IMG/VR virus record: IMGVR_UViG_3300032319_001025
Coordinates: 80,014-144,013 of that record
Reading direction: 5' to 3' (one strand)
Length of the DNA: 64,000 bases
DNA from: a virus
Taxonomy: Duplodnaviria > Caudoviricetes
This document shows, in pieces, positions 1 through 10,601 of the stretch. Each line of letters begins with the position of its first letter. Positions within the stretch are counted from its first letter, which is position 1. The notes under the pieces were generated by a model, which was not told where the DNA came from, searched no databases, and worked only from the letters and a program-made list of their open reading frames with translations. The translations under genes and the position numbers were made by a program.

Positions 1-2
1 CA

Positions 3-650
3 TCTTTAAAACCATTAAGCAATAAGACTGATCAATTCTTCTTTTTAGAAAAAACACCAGTCAAGCTTTACAAAAAGATTTTATCTGTCGGACCCGCTGA
101 AGGCAGTTTAGCTAACGTGCTAGTAGACTCGCCTGAGTTAATAACAAGACTGACAAGCTCGAGCGGTGCTTATCTGACAATGCTAAACAAGCTTAACTAC
201 GATACCAATATACACCATGGTATTGATGGCTATCAGTATTACACTGGCTTGATGCAAGAAGTCAACAAAGTAATATACGGCGATCCAACTTCTGTGATCC
301 AATATCCTGGATATAAAGCTGCTGGTGCTAACGTTGATATTAAACCTGCTATTATCAAAAAGATAACAATGTCGTTGAGCGTCAGAATTAAAACCGATCT
401 CACATATTCAGAAGTTCAAGATTCTGTTAAAGCCGCTGTAGCTGGATATATTGCAACTCTAGGTGTTGGTGAAAGCGTATCTTTATCTGGAGTTATAGCT
501 ACAGCAACAAACTTAGAAGGAATCGTATCGGTTGTTATAACTGACCCCACATTTGCTTTGGGTAGCGATTTAATTAAAGTTAACCCTGATGAGAAAGCTT
601 TAGTAATTAATCCAGCCACGGATATAACTGTTACCATAACAGGTACTTAA
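3..650 (+). CDS. Baseplate J-like/wedge protein, C-terminal part (5'-truncated by the window)
   Basis: The frame is open from nt 3. The C-terminus 'YKAAGANVDIKP...VKAAVAGYIATLGVGESVSLSGVIATATNLEGIVSVVI' resembles baseplate J C-termini, and tail genes follow. Confidence 0.7.
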   Translation, partial: SLKPLSNKTDQFFFLEKTPVKLYKKILSVGPAEGSLANVLVDSPELITRLTSSSGAYLTMLNKLNYDTNIHHGIDGYQYYTGLMQEVNKVIYGDPTSVIQYPGYKAAGANVDIKPAIIKKITMSLSVRIKTDLTYSEVQDSVKAAVAGYIATLGVGESVSLSGVIATATNLEGIVSVVITDPTFALGSDLIKVNPDEKALVINPATDITVTITGT

Positions 651-651
651 A

Positions 652-3042
652 ATGGATAACACTAAATTATTTAGGCAGTATTTATCCAACTACATAGATG
701 GACCAAATATTAATGCCATTCTTTATGCTTTTGGCGAAGCATATAATATTTTAGAACAGAACGGCGTAGCAGTAACAGATCAGCTAACAATATCGACAGC
801 TTCCGAAAGATACCTTGATAGATTATTAAGCGACTTAGCTATTACTAGACCGCCAGAGCTTGGTATTTCTGATTACTATTTTAGAAAAATAGGTATAAAC
901 ATAACGGCATCTAAACAGATAACCAGTTCGTTACATTCAATACTGGAAATATTTTATGGTCCTGATTTTGTGCGGGGCAGCACGATCTGTACAAAAAGCG
1001 AACCATATGATCTATCAGGAAATCCAGATTTAAGTCTTATATTTGAAGACGGCGAAGTTAGAACGCTAGTGTTTTATTCAGCTAATTTTAGTAACGTGTT
1101 TCAAGCTACAGCTCAAGAAGTAGCTAACGTTATTAATGTTTGGATTAAAAATCAAAATTTAAACGCTTATGCAACTGTTGAAACAGATTTTGACACAGGA
1201 TTAAAATATGTAAAACTATACGGTGGAGCAAAAGGACCTTATAGTTTGATTCAAGTTTGGGGCGGAAGAGCACAATCGATATTAGAGTTTCCAACGATGC
1301 GTGATACTAAACTGGCACCGTTAAATACTACGACTTGGCAGATAACTAAAAATAACGAAACAACTATTAGAGTTAGATGGGACGGCGGACCGAAACCTAG
1401 CTTAGATAAAGTACTTATTGATGATAGAGTTTTAATTTATGGCACACCGTTTCAAAATGCTAATTCCGAATTAATAGGTTCGTTCACTATAACGAACGTT
1501 AGCCCTCCTCAGAGCATTCCTAACGCAGATTCTGGATGGTTTGAATTCAAAGCTGTTTTACAAGATTTAAAAAACTCAACCCCTAATGCATATCCACCAC
1601 CAAATAGCCCTGGAAATATATATAGTTACACAGTAAATCAAACTGTTTACGATGATTTAAAGTTCTTTTTAGCTAGAAAAAATACGCCTTATTCAACAAA
1701 AAGATATGCTTTAGCTTTTGAACCTGCGGCCAACCTACTTAAAATATATTTACCAGCCACAACAACGATATTAGAAAGAGATTTGATTGGTGCATCTCAT
1801 TTGCACATGCTATATAACTATAGCGACTTTGATGGAACGTTTGGCGATCTATTAGATGATAATAAGAAAATTGAAATACTGAACACTTATTCTATTAGAT
1901 ACTATCAAGGAAGAGCTGACAACTCAGCTACTGGCGGAACGGTTACGTTACCTGGACCTACAGTTTTAAACATTTCTGAAATTTACAGAGAAAACGGTTA
2001 TGTAACTATTATAACCGAAACCCCTCATGGACTTATTGGCGAAAATGAATGGCAAAACGGGATAGACTACACTGCTGGAACAATTAAGGTTTATAATAAT
2101 TTTAATTGGTTAGCGTTACAAAACAGCGGGCCGTCATATGGTGGATCTAAACAGCCTGACGCAAATAGTCTTTTTTGGCAACAACAAGAGCCTACTAAAA
2201 ACTATACAACAAGTACAATAATAGTAAATGCAACTGGTTTAATAGTTGACGATCCAGTAAATTCATTTTTAGGACCCTACACATTTGATTCGCAGAGCAA
2301 TTACACGTTAGCTAGTGGTACTGGTTTTATAAGATCGAAAATAAACGCTGGCGAAATTAAAACTAATATTTTAGTAACTGGAGGGTTTTCCCAGCCTGAA
2401 GGTTATTTAATGTTCGACCTTAATGAAAACTCTCAAGAAGGTCCTGTAAAGTATTTATACAGTCAGCAACAAAAATCTAATATTATCACTAACATAGTTA
2501 ACATTTCAAGAATTACAAATAAAGTAACTGTAACAACCAACGCTCCTCATAATGCAGTTCCTGGCTCTCAAGTAGTGATAAGCGGTACTACTACTTTTAA
2601 TGGTGTTTGGACTGTAACAAATGTACCGTCATCTAATGTTTATGATTTTGTACATACTTCATCTGGAAGTGCTATTGAGACATCTGGAGTAAGCACCACG
2701 TTAATTGAAGAGAACACTTATTTGTTAACTTTAGAATCAGGCTATCAGTTTAAAGAAACCCATAACATATTATCAGATTTAGACATTGTATCTAATCCGC
2801 AAGCTTATGTACCTAATATAGACGGCTCTGATTATTGTGCATATCTTACAGGCTCAGCCGATGCAAGAATATATTGTGAAACGTTATTAAGAAGAATAAT
2901 AGCCGCAGGTATAAAACTAGAAGTTATTGTAATCTATCCAAGTGATTTAGGTTTAGGCAATGAAGGCGATGGCACATCGCAATATCAAGCTGCACCAATA
3001 TCAGAAGCGGCTACATACGTATGGGCATCTAGCTCAACTTAA
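652..3042 (+). CDS. Baseplate wedge/tail structural protein with a CBM5/12-like module and FCCH-like repeats
   Basis: Follows the J-like gene. The N-terminus 'TASERYLDRLLSDLAITRP' resembles gpI/wedge proteins. Internal motifs are 'EWQNGIDYTAG...WLALQ...P...FWQ' and 'VTVTTNAPHNAVPGSQVVISG...FNGVWTV'. Confidence 0.55.
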   Translation: MDNTKLFRQYLSNYIDGPNINAILYAFGEAYNILEQNGVAVTDQLTISTASERYLDRLLSDLAITRPPELGISDYYFRKIGINITASKQITSSLHSILEIFYGPDFVRGSTICTKSEPYDLSGNPDLSLIFEDGEVRTLVFYSANFSNVFQATAQEVANVINVWIKNQNLNAYATVETDFDTGLKYVKLYGGAKGPYSLIQVWGGRAQSILEFPTMRDTKLAPLNTTTWQITKNNETTIRVRWDGGPKPSLDKVLIDDRVLIYGTPFQNANSELIGSFTITNVSPPQSIPNADSGWFEFKAVLQDLKNSTPNAYPPPNSPGNIYSYTVNQTVYDDLKFFLARKNTPYSTKRYALAFEPAANLLKIYLPATTTILERDLIGASHLHMLYNYSDFDGTFGDLLDDNKKIEILNTYSIRYYQGRADNSATGGTVTLPGPTVLNISEIYRENGYVTIITETPHGLIGENEWQNGIDYTAGTIKVYNNFNWLALQNSGPSYGGSKQPDANSLFWQQQEPTKNYTTSTIIVNATGLIVDDPVNSFLGPYTFDSQSNYTLASGTGFIRSKINAGEIKTNILVTGGFSQPEGYLMFDLNENSQEGPVKYLYSQQQKSNIITNIVNISRITNKVTVTTNAPHNAVPGSQVVISGTTTFNGVWTVTNVPSSNVYDFVHTSSGSAIETSGVSTTLIEENTYLLTLESGYQFKETHNILSDLDIVSNPQAYVPNIDGSDYCAYLTGSADARIYCETLLRRIIAAGIKLEVIVIYPSDLGLGNEGDGTSQYQAAPISEAATYVWASSST

Positions 3043-3051
3043 AGGTTTTTT

Positions 3052-3498
3052 ATGATCAGTAAAATTATAACAGGACCGTCACTACTAATAAAAATAAAAC
3101 CAGAAAACGGTTTTGAACAAACTATTGGGTATGCTACAGATTTGCAATTAAATGTTGCACAGGGTCAAAAAGAAATCTTTGGTGTTGATAGTCCATTTCC
3201 ATTTGAAATAGCTCAAGGTGCCGCCCCTTCTTTGGTTCGCGGGACCATGGCTGTATACGTTTTAAAAGGTACGAACTTAGAAACCATAGGGCTAGTTCCA
3301 TATAGAAGCGATGATTCTAAAGAAACTATATCCCCAAATTCTAAGTACATTGATATCAATATATATGATAGAGCTTCTAAAACTTTAATATATGGTATTA
3401 AAAACTGCAAAGTTTCCTCATATACAATTTCTGTGTCAACTAGAAATGTTTTGCGATGTTCGCTTACATTTAGTGGTATATTATTAGAGCCAGGATAA
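3052..3498 (+). CDS. Tail tube-like/baseplate hub structural protein
   Basis: 148 aa, beta-rich, 'IGYATDLQLNV...IFGVDSPFPFEI...VRGTM' pattern seen in tube-fold proteins; tail context. Confidence 0.5.
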   Translation: MISKIITGPSLLIKIKPENGFEQTIGYATDLQLNVAQGQKEIFGVDSPFPFEIAQGAAPSLVRGTMAVYVLKGTNLETIGLVPYRSDDSKETISPNSKYIDINIYDRASKTLIYGIKNCKVSSYTISVSTRNVLRCSLTFSGILLEPG

Positions 3499-3508
3499 CT
3501 TATTGATT
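3496..3508 (-). promoter_or_regulatory. IHF consensus match (AATCAATAAGTTA)
   Basis: Exact match to WATCAANNNNTTR at the edge of an intergenic gap, about 20 bp upstream of the CTTAATCT motif. Confidence 0.35.
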
Positions 3509-3526
3509 TTGCTATTTTTTTAATAA

Positions 3527-3537
3527 TAACTTAATCT
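3527..3537 (+). promoter_or_regulatory. Candidate late promoter motif TAACTTAATCT
   Basis: The same motif occurs upstream of the structural genes at 53833 and 57761. Confidence 0.5.
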
Positions 3538-3557
3538 GATAAGTAAATACACAATTT

Positions 3558-6500
3558 ATGTCGGTTAAACGAAGATTAAAATTTTACAGCGGTATTCGTC
3601 TTGATATACCACATATTCGTTCGCTAGAATCATCTGTATCTTATGATTTCGATTCGGCTTTGCGTGGTGTTATAACTGGCATATCTAGTCCATATGTTGT
3701 TAGAGGTTTTGATTTTGTTAATGCAACTGGACTACAAGCATCCAATCTTCAAATCAATGTTGCAAATAGCGTTATCTTACATAGCACCGCTAGTGAAAGC
3801 GGTACAATCTTACAAGTACCTTCAACAGAATCAGTTCAAACATTAAATGCTTTAAACTCTAATGTTATCGGATCATTTCAAAATGGCGTAATCAACTACG
3901 TAGCTTTAGATTACAGAAGAGTTACTGACGAAAACTCAATCGATCAAACTGCTGGATGGTCACCCTCTGAAAAAATAGAGTTTCAAAGAACAGTGCCCAT
4001 TTCTTCGGTGCTTGAATATAAGTTTGTAATTACAACTTCTGGCTTCGGCAACCTTTTACCTTTATATATAGTCGGCGTTGATTCAAATGGATTTGTAACT
4101 TTTGTCACAAACTCTAAGCCTTCTCTATTTAGACTTGGTTCAGGTGGAGCTAATCCTAATCCGTTTAATTCTTTTGCTTTTGGAAACCTAACCAATCCAC
4201 AATCAGGCAACAGAAGAGAATATATTTACACTGGTTCAAGCACTACAAATCCTGTAAGTGTTTCTCCTGGTGATGATGCTAATGCTTTTGATTATGGTGA
4301 CTGGTCTATTCATTCATTAAAAGAATGGATGGATGCAGTAATGACCAGGTTTAAAGAAATAACTGGTTCTGCATATTGGTACATAGATAGCAACTTACCT
4401 TATGGTCCTGCAAGTTCTTTAAGTTTAGCTAACGTTTGGTTTGATTCTGGCGCTGGATCAGTAATGACTGGTGCTGGAAATATTGCATACAATTATGTAT
4501 TGCAAGCTGACTTAGCTTCTGGTTGGTCAACAGGTGTAACGTCTGGTGATTCGTATATTAAAGGTTCTTTGTCTGGTGCTACTGCTGTATTAAACTCTGT
4601 AATAAGCGATGCGACTTACGATTATTTATTAGTAACTGATGTTATAGGTAGTTTTGATTACGGCACTCCAGAACCTATCGTTAATAGAAGAATATTTAGA
4701 CATAATTCGAGCTTATTTAATTTAACTACTTTCACTAGTGGCGGCTCGAGATATGCAATTTATCAAAGAATTCCAGTTTCAACTGCGACTACTGTTGCAG
4801 CTACATTAGCTTCTGGACCTGGAACAGATGAGTATACAGTTACTTCAGCAGGCCATGGTTTATCTAATGGTAATATAGTTTGCATTATAAACGGTACAAA
4901 TAAAAAAGTAGTTTACGTACAAAATGCTGCGGCCAATACCTTCACTTTTAAAACGAAATACTTAAATGGTGTTGCAGTAGGTGCAATTACACTGGCTAAA
5001 GTAACAGCTCAAGTAGACCAAAGCAAACATCCTTTTAAGTATAACTACACTTCTGGTGCAAGTTTTGATTTAGAAGTTAAAGACGCTAGCCCAGAAGCAT
5101 ATAATACATTTGACATATCTGCAAGTGCTTATTCTCCAGTTGATTTTGTTTACTCAATTGGTTCTAGTAGTTTGCCTGCACCTATTGATGGTTCCGGCCC
5201 TATTATTTTTGATGGTGAAGTAACAAGTTCAAATGTTTCACCAGTTGGTGATTTGCCAGCAGGCGCTACATCTAATCCATATAACGGCCCAGTAAGTTGG
5301 GATAGCGACATATACATTAAAGGTATTGTAGGCAATAGATATTTTAAAGTACCTTCAACTGCTACCGCAGACCCTGCTGGAACTGCTGACATTTACGGAG
5401 CTGGCACTGCTTACTTAGAAAATGGTGAAGTAGCCTATATAGTTTTAGATAGAAATCAACCCGTAAGTAGCAGTCAATTGTTTTCATGTGTTGCTGGCGG
5501 CCCAATAGTCGGATCTTCTACGCCAGTTGATTCTAGTGGTAATCCATTAGTAGCTGGCGACTTTGTTAAGTTTGCAAACGAAAGCGATCAATACTGGCTA
5601 AAAATTGACAGTATTATAGGAAATACAATAACTGTAGTAAACGACAGCGGCGGAGCAGTTTCAACATTACAAAGACCTGCTAATAGCGGAGTTCTTTTGT
5701 ATTCTAAAGGTTCTTACAGTACTGTTTATGTTGCACCACATTGGCAAGTAAATGCTAGCATTGATACTTACTGGTTAGCAGTTAGAAGAGACTTCTCTGG
5801 TGTTTCAAAAGTTTACTTTAGAGCATTAGAATTACAGCCTGGTGAATCAAGAACTATAAATGATAATCAATCAAATAATATTTTGATTTATACTGGAGCT
5901 GGAACTGAAGCCGCTACCTCGCCTAACTATAGTCAAATAGATAACGGCCAATGGAGTAAAACCCAAACTCTAAAACTTCAATCATCAAACGCTATTGATA
6001 CTTACAGCAAGCAAATAAGCTTTGTTGCAGCACCAAATCTTGGCTTCCAAAAAGAAGATAAACTCCAAGATGCTTCGGGCAATTTATATACTATTGAATC
6101 ACTATTAACTAGTAAGACTGTTATAGTTAAAGAAGACGTTTCTGCATTAGTTAGTGGTGCGACCATAACTTATTATAGAATTAACTACGCTATTGGCGAA
6201 TCAGATAATTTGACACTAGCTGCTAGAAAAGAAGACAGGGAACTTGCAAAAGTTAATACTGAACTTTCAAGACCTGTATACGATGAATCTGTCTATGTTC
6301 AAGACATGCCTTTAACTCTAAATCCAGGTAAAAATCTTAAGTCTGGAAGTTTTGTATATATTGGTACTCAAAATGCTCCAACCGCACTAGCTTGGGTATT
6401 GTATGGTACTAGTGCTCAAACAGAAACTATTGAAGGTTCTTCAATAACAATGCCTGGAGGTTCTGTTTTTGGTGCAGGTAATTCATTAGTTCATATTTAT

Positions 6501-7544
6501 AGCTCTGGTACAAATGGTGGATTTACTCACGGCTCTACAGTTTATCAAAATGGCGTGGCAATAGGTACTGTTAATAATGTTGCAAATCCTGATTTTACAG
6601 CCCCTGCCATTTTAGCAACAAACTCTGTTGAAATGGTTTTACCGCCAAATAGAAGAACACAGGTTGTTAATGGCTCTACTTACTTAACTTGGCCATCTAA
6701 TTCGTTCTACAGTAAAGGCGATAGCTATTTATCTGGAGAAGATTTATTAGTTATTGCTAACGATAGCATTAGAGAAGCTAATATTGACTATACTGAGACA
6801 TTTGGCGGACCTAAAGCTAAAATTAGGATTGATAGAGACTTACCAGCCAATACAAGAATCAGGTTTAGGTCTTTAGGAACAGTTGGTTCTCCAGTTCACT
6901 CGAGCGGTGCTGGTATTATCGATTTACAATCTTCTTATAGTGCTGGCAACACAATTAATACATCTCTTTCAAACCCAGTTACTGTTACAGCGACTGGAGC
7001 TGATACCGCTATTTCATTGACTGGTAATTTAGAAATCAATGGTGGCGGAACTAACGGTATATTTGGTAACACCGATCAAAATTTTGTAATTGGCGATGAA
7101 ACAAATAAGCCAGCAGAATCTTGGACAGCTAAAGAATTTGTAAAAACTCATGCAAACTGGGCTAGCTCAGCGTGGTCTAATAAAACAGCGGTTCAAGTAA
7201 CAACTAACAGTTCTCCTACTATTGTAACAGGTTCTGGTATTACAGTTAACACCAGTACAGTTGTTAGAGTTTGCATGACTGCTGTTGGCAGATCGAATAC
7301 CAGTACTGGATATGCCTCGTTTAGAATTGAAGGTATGTTTAAACGAGAAGCTGGAAACGTTGTAGCAATTGGTTCGCCGATTAGTACTATTATAGGTCAA
7401 GAAAATGATGGTACTTCCACCTCATTTATTTTTGGCGTTATGAATCCCGATACAATTTACGGTATATTAATTGGTAATCCATCTGTTCAGTTTAACTGGG
7501 CAACAACTATTGAATGGCAAGCAGTTAAAGATAGTGCTCCTTAA
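3558..7544 (+). CDS. Large virion structural protein (baseplate/tail fibre)
   Basis: 1328 aa, rich in S/T/G/N, beta-rich, located between baseplate and collar-fibre genes. Confidence 0.6.
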   Translation: MSVKRRLKFYSGIRLDIPHIRSLESSVSYDFDSALRGVITGISSPYVVRGFDFVNATGLQASNLQINVANSVILHSTASESGTILQVPSTESVQTLNALNSNVIGSFQNGVINYVALDYRRVTDENSIDQTAGWSPSEKIEFQRTVPISSVLEYKFVITTSGFGNLLPLYIVGVDSNGFVTFVTNSKPSLFRLGSGGANPNPFNSFAFGNLTNPQSGNRREYIYTGSSTTNPVSVSPGDDANAFDYGDWSIHSLKEWMDAVMTRFKEITGSAYWYIDSNLPYGPASSLSLANVWFDSGAGSVMTGAGNIAYNYVLQADLASGWSTGVTSGDSYIKGSLSGATAVLNSVISDATYDYLLVTDVIGSFDYGTPEPIVNRRIFRHNSSLFNLTTFTSGGSRYAIYQRIPVSTATTVAATLASGPGTDEYTVTSAGHGLSNGNIVCIINGTNKKVVYVQNAAANTFTFKTKYLNGVAVGAITLAKVTAQVDQSKHPFKYNYTSGASFDLEVKDASPEAYNTFDISASAYSPVDFVYSIGSSSLPAPIDGSGPIIFDGEVTSSNVSPVGDLPAGATSNPYNGPVSWDSDIYIKGIVGNRYFKVPSTATADPAGTADIYGAGTAYLENGEVAYIVLDRNQPVSSSQLFSCVAGGPIVGSSTPVDSSGNPLVAGDFVKFANESDQYWLKIDSIIGNTITVVNDSGGAVSTLQRPANSGVLLYSKGSYSTVYVAPHWQVNASIDTYWLAVRRDFSGVSKVYFRALELQPGESRTINDNQSNNILIYTGAGTEAATSPNYSQIDNGQWSKTQTLKLQSSNAIDTYSKQISFVAAPNLGFQKEDKLQDASGNLYTIESLLTSKTVIVKEDVSALVSGATITYYRINYAIGESDNLTLAARKEDRELAKVNTELSRPVYDESVYVQDMPLTLNPGKNLKSGSFVYIGTQNAPTALAWVLYGTSAQTETIEGSSITMPGGSVFGAGNSLVHIYSSGTNGGFTHGSTVYQNGVAIGTVNNVANPDFTAPAILATNSVEMVLPPNRRTQVVNGSTYLTWPSNSFYSKGDSYLSGEDLLVIANDSIREANIDYTETFGGPKAKIRIDRDLPANTRIRFRSLGTVGSPVHSSGAGIIDLQSSYSAGNTINTSLSNPVTVTATGADTAISLTGNLEINGGGTNGIFGNTDQNFVIGDETNKPAESWTAKEFVKTHANWASSAWSNKTAVQVTTNSSPTIVTGSGITVNTSTVVRVCMTAVGRSNTSTGYASFRIEGMFKREAGNVVAIGSPISTIIGQENDGTSTSFIFGVMNPDTIYGILIGNPSVQFNWATTIEWQAVKDSAP

Positions 7545-7553
7545 TAGGTATTT

Positions 7554-8711
7554 ATGGGTATTTTAAGTAAAATTAAAGGTTTTATAAAGTTATCAGAAGT
7601 TGCAGCTGATAGTGCTCAAACTTTATTGGATACCTCTGTAAACCAAGATGCTAATACCGTTATTATTCAAACCGCAAGCGCACTTGAAGATGCTTTAAGA
7701 AAACAAAGCTTATTGTTACTTTCTACTGGAAATGTAACTTGGGCATCTAACAAAATTACACCAGATGTTGGTGTAGATATGACTGTTAAGCTTTTTCAAA
7801 ACTCTAACGGTCAAACTATCAACTTAAATTTAAGCTATGCAAATTTCTCATCTGGAGTTTCATTGCCAAACGATGGGGACGTTCTTTATTTAGAATTAAA
7901 CCGAAGCCTATTAACATCTGGAACTATTAGTATATATAATGGTGGTGGAAGCACTGGACAAAGAGCTGTGGTAGGCTCTGGAATGCCGCCTTTGGTAAAC
8001 AATCAATCTGGCGGATTTCAAGGCACTATCTGTATTCCTATTGCTGTTAGACAAGGAACTAATCTTTGGTGGGTGCCTAGTAATTTTTATTGGGCTACAG
8101 GAACTGTTGGTACTTTAGGCACACCTGGTTCTACTACTGCTGTTCCAGTGGGTAGTGTTTTTTCTTTTGCTGGTTCCGTAACACCTACAGGGTATCTACT
8201 CTGTAATGGCGATATTATACCCAACGGAGTTGGTACGGTTCAAGGAGTAACTGCAAACTGGAGTGCTTTATACGCAGTTATTGGCTCTACATACGGAGTA
8301 GCAGGGCAATTACCTGATATGCGAAGAAGAGTCGCTATGGGTGCTGGTGGCTCAGGAACTGGGACTATCGGGAACGCTATTGGTAATACAGGTGGCGAAG
8401 AAAACCACACTTTAACTGCTTCTGAATTAGCCAGTCATACCCATACTGGTAGCAATCAATATGTAAGAGTTGGGCCAAACAATGTTTCGCCGCCAACACC
8501 AGGACAGACATTTCTTCAATACGGTTCTGTTCCTACATGGACAGCAAACTGGTACAATAGTGGCGGTGGTGGTGGAACTGGCTCTCCTAGTGATAAGGGT
8601 GTTTTTGTTCAGGGCGCATCGGATGATTACACTCAAAAACTACCAAATGGAGCTTCTGGGCATAATAACATTCAACCTTCTTTAGTTTTAAATTATATTA
8701 TTAAGGCTTAA
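7554..8711 (+). CDS. Tail fibre protein with phage tail-collar domain
   Basis: 'PVGSVFSFAGSVTPTGYLLCNG...LYAVIGSTYG...LPDMR...GGEENHTLT..EL.SHTH...HNNIQPSLVLNYIIK'. Confidence 0.85.
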   Translation: MGILSKIKGFIKLSEVAADSAQTLLDTSVNQDANTVIIQTASALEDALRKQSLLLLSTGNVTWASNKITPDVGVDMTVKLFQNSNGQTINLNLSYANFSSGVSLPNDGDVLYLELNRSLLTSGTISIYNGGGSTGQRAVVGSGMPPLVNNQSGGFQGTICIPIAVRQGTNLWWVPSNFYWATGTVGTLGTPGSTTAVPVGSVFSFAGSVTPTGYLLCNGDIIPNGVGTVQGVTANWSALYAVIGSTYGVAGQLPDMRRRVAMGAGGSGTGTIGNAIGNTGGEENHTLTASELASHTHTGSNQYVRVGPNNVSPPTPGQTFLQYGSVPTWTANWYNSGGGGGTGSPSDKGVFVQGASDDYTQKLPNGASGHNNIQPSLVLNYIIKA

Positions 8712-8713
8712 TT

Positions 8714-9703
8714 ATGGCAGAGATTAAAACAGAAAAAATTAGAGTTGGTTCAGGAGATTTAACTTCCAGTACTTATTCTACTATTTCTTCAGGGACTGCT
8801 GCGCCTAGCGGTGGAAATGACGGGGATATTTATTTTAGGGTATCAAATTCAAGTTCGGATATTTATTTTAAGCGTGGTGGATCTTGGCTTTCTATATCTA
8901 CAAATTTTGCTACATCAACATTAAATAATCTTATTGCACCAACTGCTATCAATGCCAGTTTATTATTTGGTTTTGATGGCGGTGCAGATATCGGTGCTTC
9001 TGGGGCAAGCAGACCTAATAATGTTTATGTTAAAAACAGTATTAACTTGAATAGCTTAACTGCAAGTTCTTTATTGCAAACTGATGGGTCTAAAAACTTA
9101 GCGTCACTAGCAAATGGTACAAATGGTCAAATAATGACCATAGCATCTGGTGTACCATCATGGCAAAATCCTCCTGCTACTGCTGTTCCAACTGGTTCTG
9201 TAATAACATATGCTGGTACTAGTGCTCCTACTGGTTGGTTATTATGTAATGGAAATACAGTTCCGAATGGAGTAGGTACTGTTCAGGGTGTAACTGCAGA
9301 TTTTAGTGCTTTATATGCAGTAGTTGGATCTACTTACGGTGCTGCTGGTAAATTACCGAATTGCCAAGGCGTATTTGTTCGGGGTAACGGCACTCAAACT
9401 ATAGGGGCCAAAACTTACACAGGAACACTTGGTACTTATCAAAACGATACTACGGCCATAAATGGAATAAGCATGGCAAGCGACGGAGATCATTTCCATC
9501 AAATTTTATGGAACACTTCTTTAGGCGGGCCAGCAAGAAACGGTCAAGTTGTAACTAACGTCGCAAATACACAATATGTAAACTCAGGAATCCCCGACAA
9601 CACAAATATTATCGCAAATGCGGGAATCCACACCCATACCTTAACAGGAGATTCTGAAACTAGAGCGGCAAATCTTGCTTTAAACTATATCATTAAATAC
9701 TAG
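8714..9703 (+). CDS. Tail fibre protein with phage tail-collar domain (paralog)
   Basis: 'PTGSVITYAGTSAPTGWLLCNG...LPNCQGVFVRG...HTHT...ETRAANLALNYIIKY'. Confidence 0.85.
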   Translation: MAEIKTEKIRVGSGDLTSSTYSTISSGTAAPSGGNDGDIYFRVSNSSSDIYFKRGGSWLSISTNFATSTLNNLIAPTAINASLLFGFDGGADIGASGASRPNNVYVKNSINLNSLTASSLLQTDGSKNLASLANGTNGQIMTIASGVPSWQNPPATAVPTGSVITYAGTSAPTGWLLCNGNTVPNGVGTVQGVTADFSALYAVVGSTYGAAGKLPNCQGVFVRGNGTQTIGAKTYTGTLGTYQNDTTAINGISMASDGDHFHQILWNTSLGGPARNGQVVTNVANTQYVNSGIPDNTNIIANAGIHTHTLTGDSETRAANLALNYIIKY

Positions 9704-9706
9704 TTT

Positions 9707-10153
9707 ATGATCAGCAAAGACGAAATTTTAATGGGTAGAGATAAGCAATATCCTGATGAATACACTGAAGAAATATCCAATAACGTTGATCAGTTATTAG
9801 AAATAATGAATCAAGTCCGTAAAGCTTATAATAAGCCTATGATAGTAGCCTCTGGCTGGAGACCTTCCGCAATTAATGAAGGAACATCTAACGCAGCTAA
9901 GAATTCTAATCATTTAAAAGGTCTTGCAGTAGATATTAAAGATACGGATGGAAGTCTTTGGAAATGGGTCCTAATGAATTTAGGGCTAATGAAAAAATTA
10001 GGGATATATTTTGAAGACAAGAGATGGACCCCAACTTGGGTTCATTTTCAAATTGTACCACCTAAGTCTAAAAAAAGAATCTACGTACCTTCAACCGCAC
10101 CTGCTAAAGCTGAGGATATTTGGGACGGGAAATACGATCCAAAATATAATTAG
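9707..10153 (+). CDS. Endolysin, peptidase M15A family
   Basis: Zn-peptidase motifs 'SGWR...N...NSNHLKGLAVDI...WVHFQ'; placed at the end of the tail module. Confidence 0.85.
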   Translation: MISKDEILMGRDKQYPDEYTEEISNNVDQLLEIMNQVRKAYNKPMIVASGWRPSAINEGTSNAAKNSNHLKGLAVDIKDTDGSLWKWVLMNLGLMKKLGIYFEDKRWTPTWVHFQIVPPKSKKRIYVPSTAPAKAEDIWDGKYDPKYN

Positions 10154-10155
10154 CT

Positions 10156-10374
10156 ATGTATCGAACAATCGAAAGCTGTCGAGCTGTCATCCAAAAATAT
10201 TTGGGTAGATATGGAACTTTGGCACCGCATGAAGCCGAAGAACTAGAAAGAGCCTACCAGGAAATAAAGGATATACAGAAAAATTGTACACATAGTTTTA
10301 ACGAGTTTACATGCTTTTCATCTAAAATAATGCAGTGTAAATATTGTATGCTTAAAATGGATGATTACGGCTGA
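10156..10374 (+). CDS. Small protein with C-terminal CxH...CxxC zinc ribbon
   Basis: 'CTHSF...QCKYC'. Confidence 0.45.
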   Translation: MYRTIESCRAVIQKYLGRYGTLAPHEAEELERAYQEIKDIQKNCTHSFNEFTCFSSKIMQCKYCMLKMDDYG

Positions 10375-10601
10375 TATTTAATATTCAGTTTCTTTTCTAT
10401 TACTTTAAGTCTTGCTTCAATCAATTCAGCCCTAATTCTTTTGATTATCATCCATCGATGGTTAAAATCCATTTCCTCTTGGATTTTTCTTATATTATAT
10501 AAAGCTGTTATATTAAATAACACCGAAATCAATAAGCCAATATATAAAAAGTTGCTTCCTATCCTAGTTCCTTTAACCTTCTTGTTCTTTTTATTTGACA
10601 T
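10365..10601 (-). CDS. Small single-TM protein with coiled coil
   Basis: Basic N-terminus followed by the hydrophobic stretch 'FLYIGLLISVLFNITALY'. Confidence 0.45.
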   Translation of the reverse strand: MSNKKNKKVKGTRIGSNFLYIGLLISVLFNITALYNIRKIQEEMDFNHRWMIIKRIRAELIEARLKVIEKKLNIKYQP

